A DNA stretch of 63,436 bases, counting the filler, from Octopus bimaculoides (lineage: Eukaryota): assembly GCF_001194135.2 (NCBI RefSeq). It is 5 parts of 4 records of this genome, joined end to end, with 100 filler letters (N's around TTAATTAATTAA, not from the genome) between each part and the next. Parts side by side here need not be neighbours in the genome. Positions count along the whole stretch, not along the records: positions 50,600 to 63,436 come from NC_069001.1; 4 more parts are not named here. One strand, 5' to 3'. This document shows, piece by piece, positions 62,507 to 63,436 of the stretch (positions are counted from its first letter, which is position 1; the number at the start of each line of letters is the position of its first letter). Below the pieces are notes generated by a model. It had not been told where the DNA came from. It worked only from the letters and a program-made list of their open reading frames with translations, and did not search any database. Made by a program: the position numbers and the translations under genes.

Positions 62507-63192
62507 TAATAATAATAATAATAATAATAATAGTTATAAATAATAATAATAATAACAATAATAATAATAATAATAATAATAATGATAATAATAATAATAA
62601 TGATAATAATAATAATAATGATAATAATAATAATAGTAATAATAATAGTAGTAGTAGTGGTGGTAGTAGTAAAAGAAATAATAACGGCAACAATAGTAAA
62701 GATAATAATTATAAAAAAATAACAATAATGATAATCATCAACAACAATAATAATGATGATGATGATGGTGATAATAATAATACTAACTAATGACTAATAA
62801 TAATGATAATAATAATAACGACTACAACAAATAGTAATAAATGGGCAGACATCGCTCGTTCTTTTTTTGTGCTGACGCCATTAACGTAGAACGCTTTGTC
62901 GGCGGCCATTTTTCGTTTAGTAAAATTTAACGACTGCTTCGCGCAGATATGGAATCCCTTTAAAAAAAAACAAAAACAAACAAAAAAAAAACGACAGACA
63001 TAAAAAATGTTTTTGTTCTTCTTCTGCCAGATCATCATTCTTCTGTTGAAATCTTTGATACTTCTTTTTCGGTTCCTATTTCATTGTTGTTGCTGCTGGT
63101 GTTCTTGGTGATGATGATGATGATGATGATGGTGCTGTTGAGATAATGTTGAAAGGCATAGTGTGGTGTTAGAGTTACAGTTGAGATATATT

Positions 63193-63276
<84 letters not shown>

Positions 63277-63386
63277 GCTAGCTAGCTAGCTACCTACCTA
63301 GTTAGCTATATGTATATACTTACACATATATATAAATATACCTATATACATATATATACATATATATATACACACACATGCACACA

Positions 63387-63436
<50 letters not shown>

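Larger units (their letters stand above)
51770..63436. repeat. Microsatellite-rich block: (AC)n, (AT)n, (AG)n, (TTC)n 54284-54417, (GAT)n, (AAT)n 62460-62820, (GATA)n/(CTAT)n
   Basis: Directly visible; these account for nearly all homopolymeric ORFs in the track. Confidence 0.95.

Overview
Repeat-dense, AT-rich metazoan DNA from a draft assembly with many N gaps. It is most consistent with an octopod cephalopod (inferred from the SINE families and extreme microsatellite load; not database-checked). Most of the window is interspersed repeat: three tRNA-headed SINE families; LINE remnants (L1/Tx1, RTE, R4/Dong); several Penelope-like elements (PLEs); a full-length hAT with perfect 8-bp target-site duplications (TSDs); a Tc1 remnant; and MITEs. 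No CRISPR, rRNA or intact tRNA genes are seen. Two things stand out. (1) About eight minimal type-I hammerhead ribozyme (HHR) motifs or remnants occur, several in PLE terminal repeats; two have intact cores and one lies just downstream of a tRNA-like Pol III head. (2) A chain of phase-compatible minus-strand exons (349-4564, possibly to 12841) splices into a ~100-aa signal-peptide-bearing, four-Cys, RR/KR-punctuated precursor resembling a neuropeptide or hormone precursor that I cannot name. All structures were read by eye; none was computed or searched.
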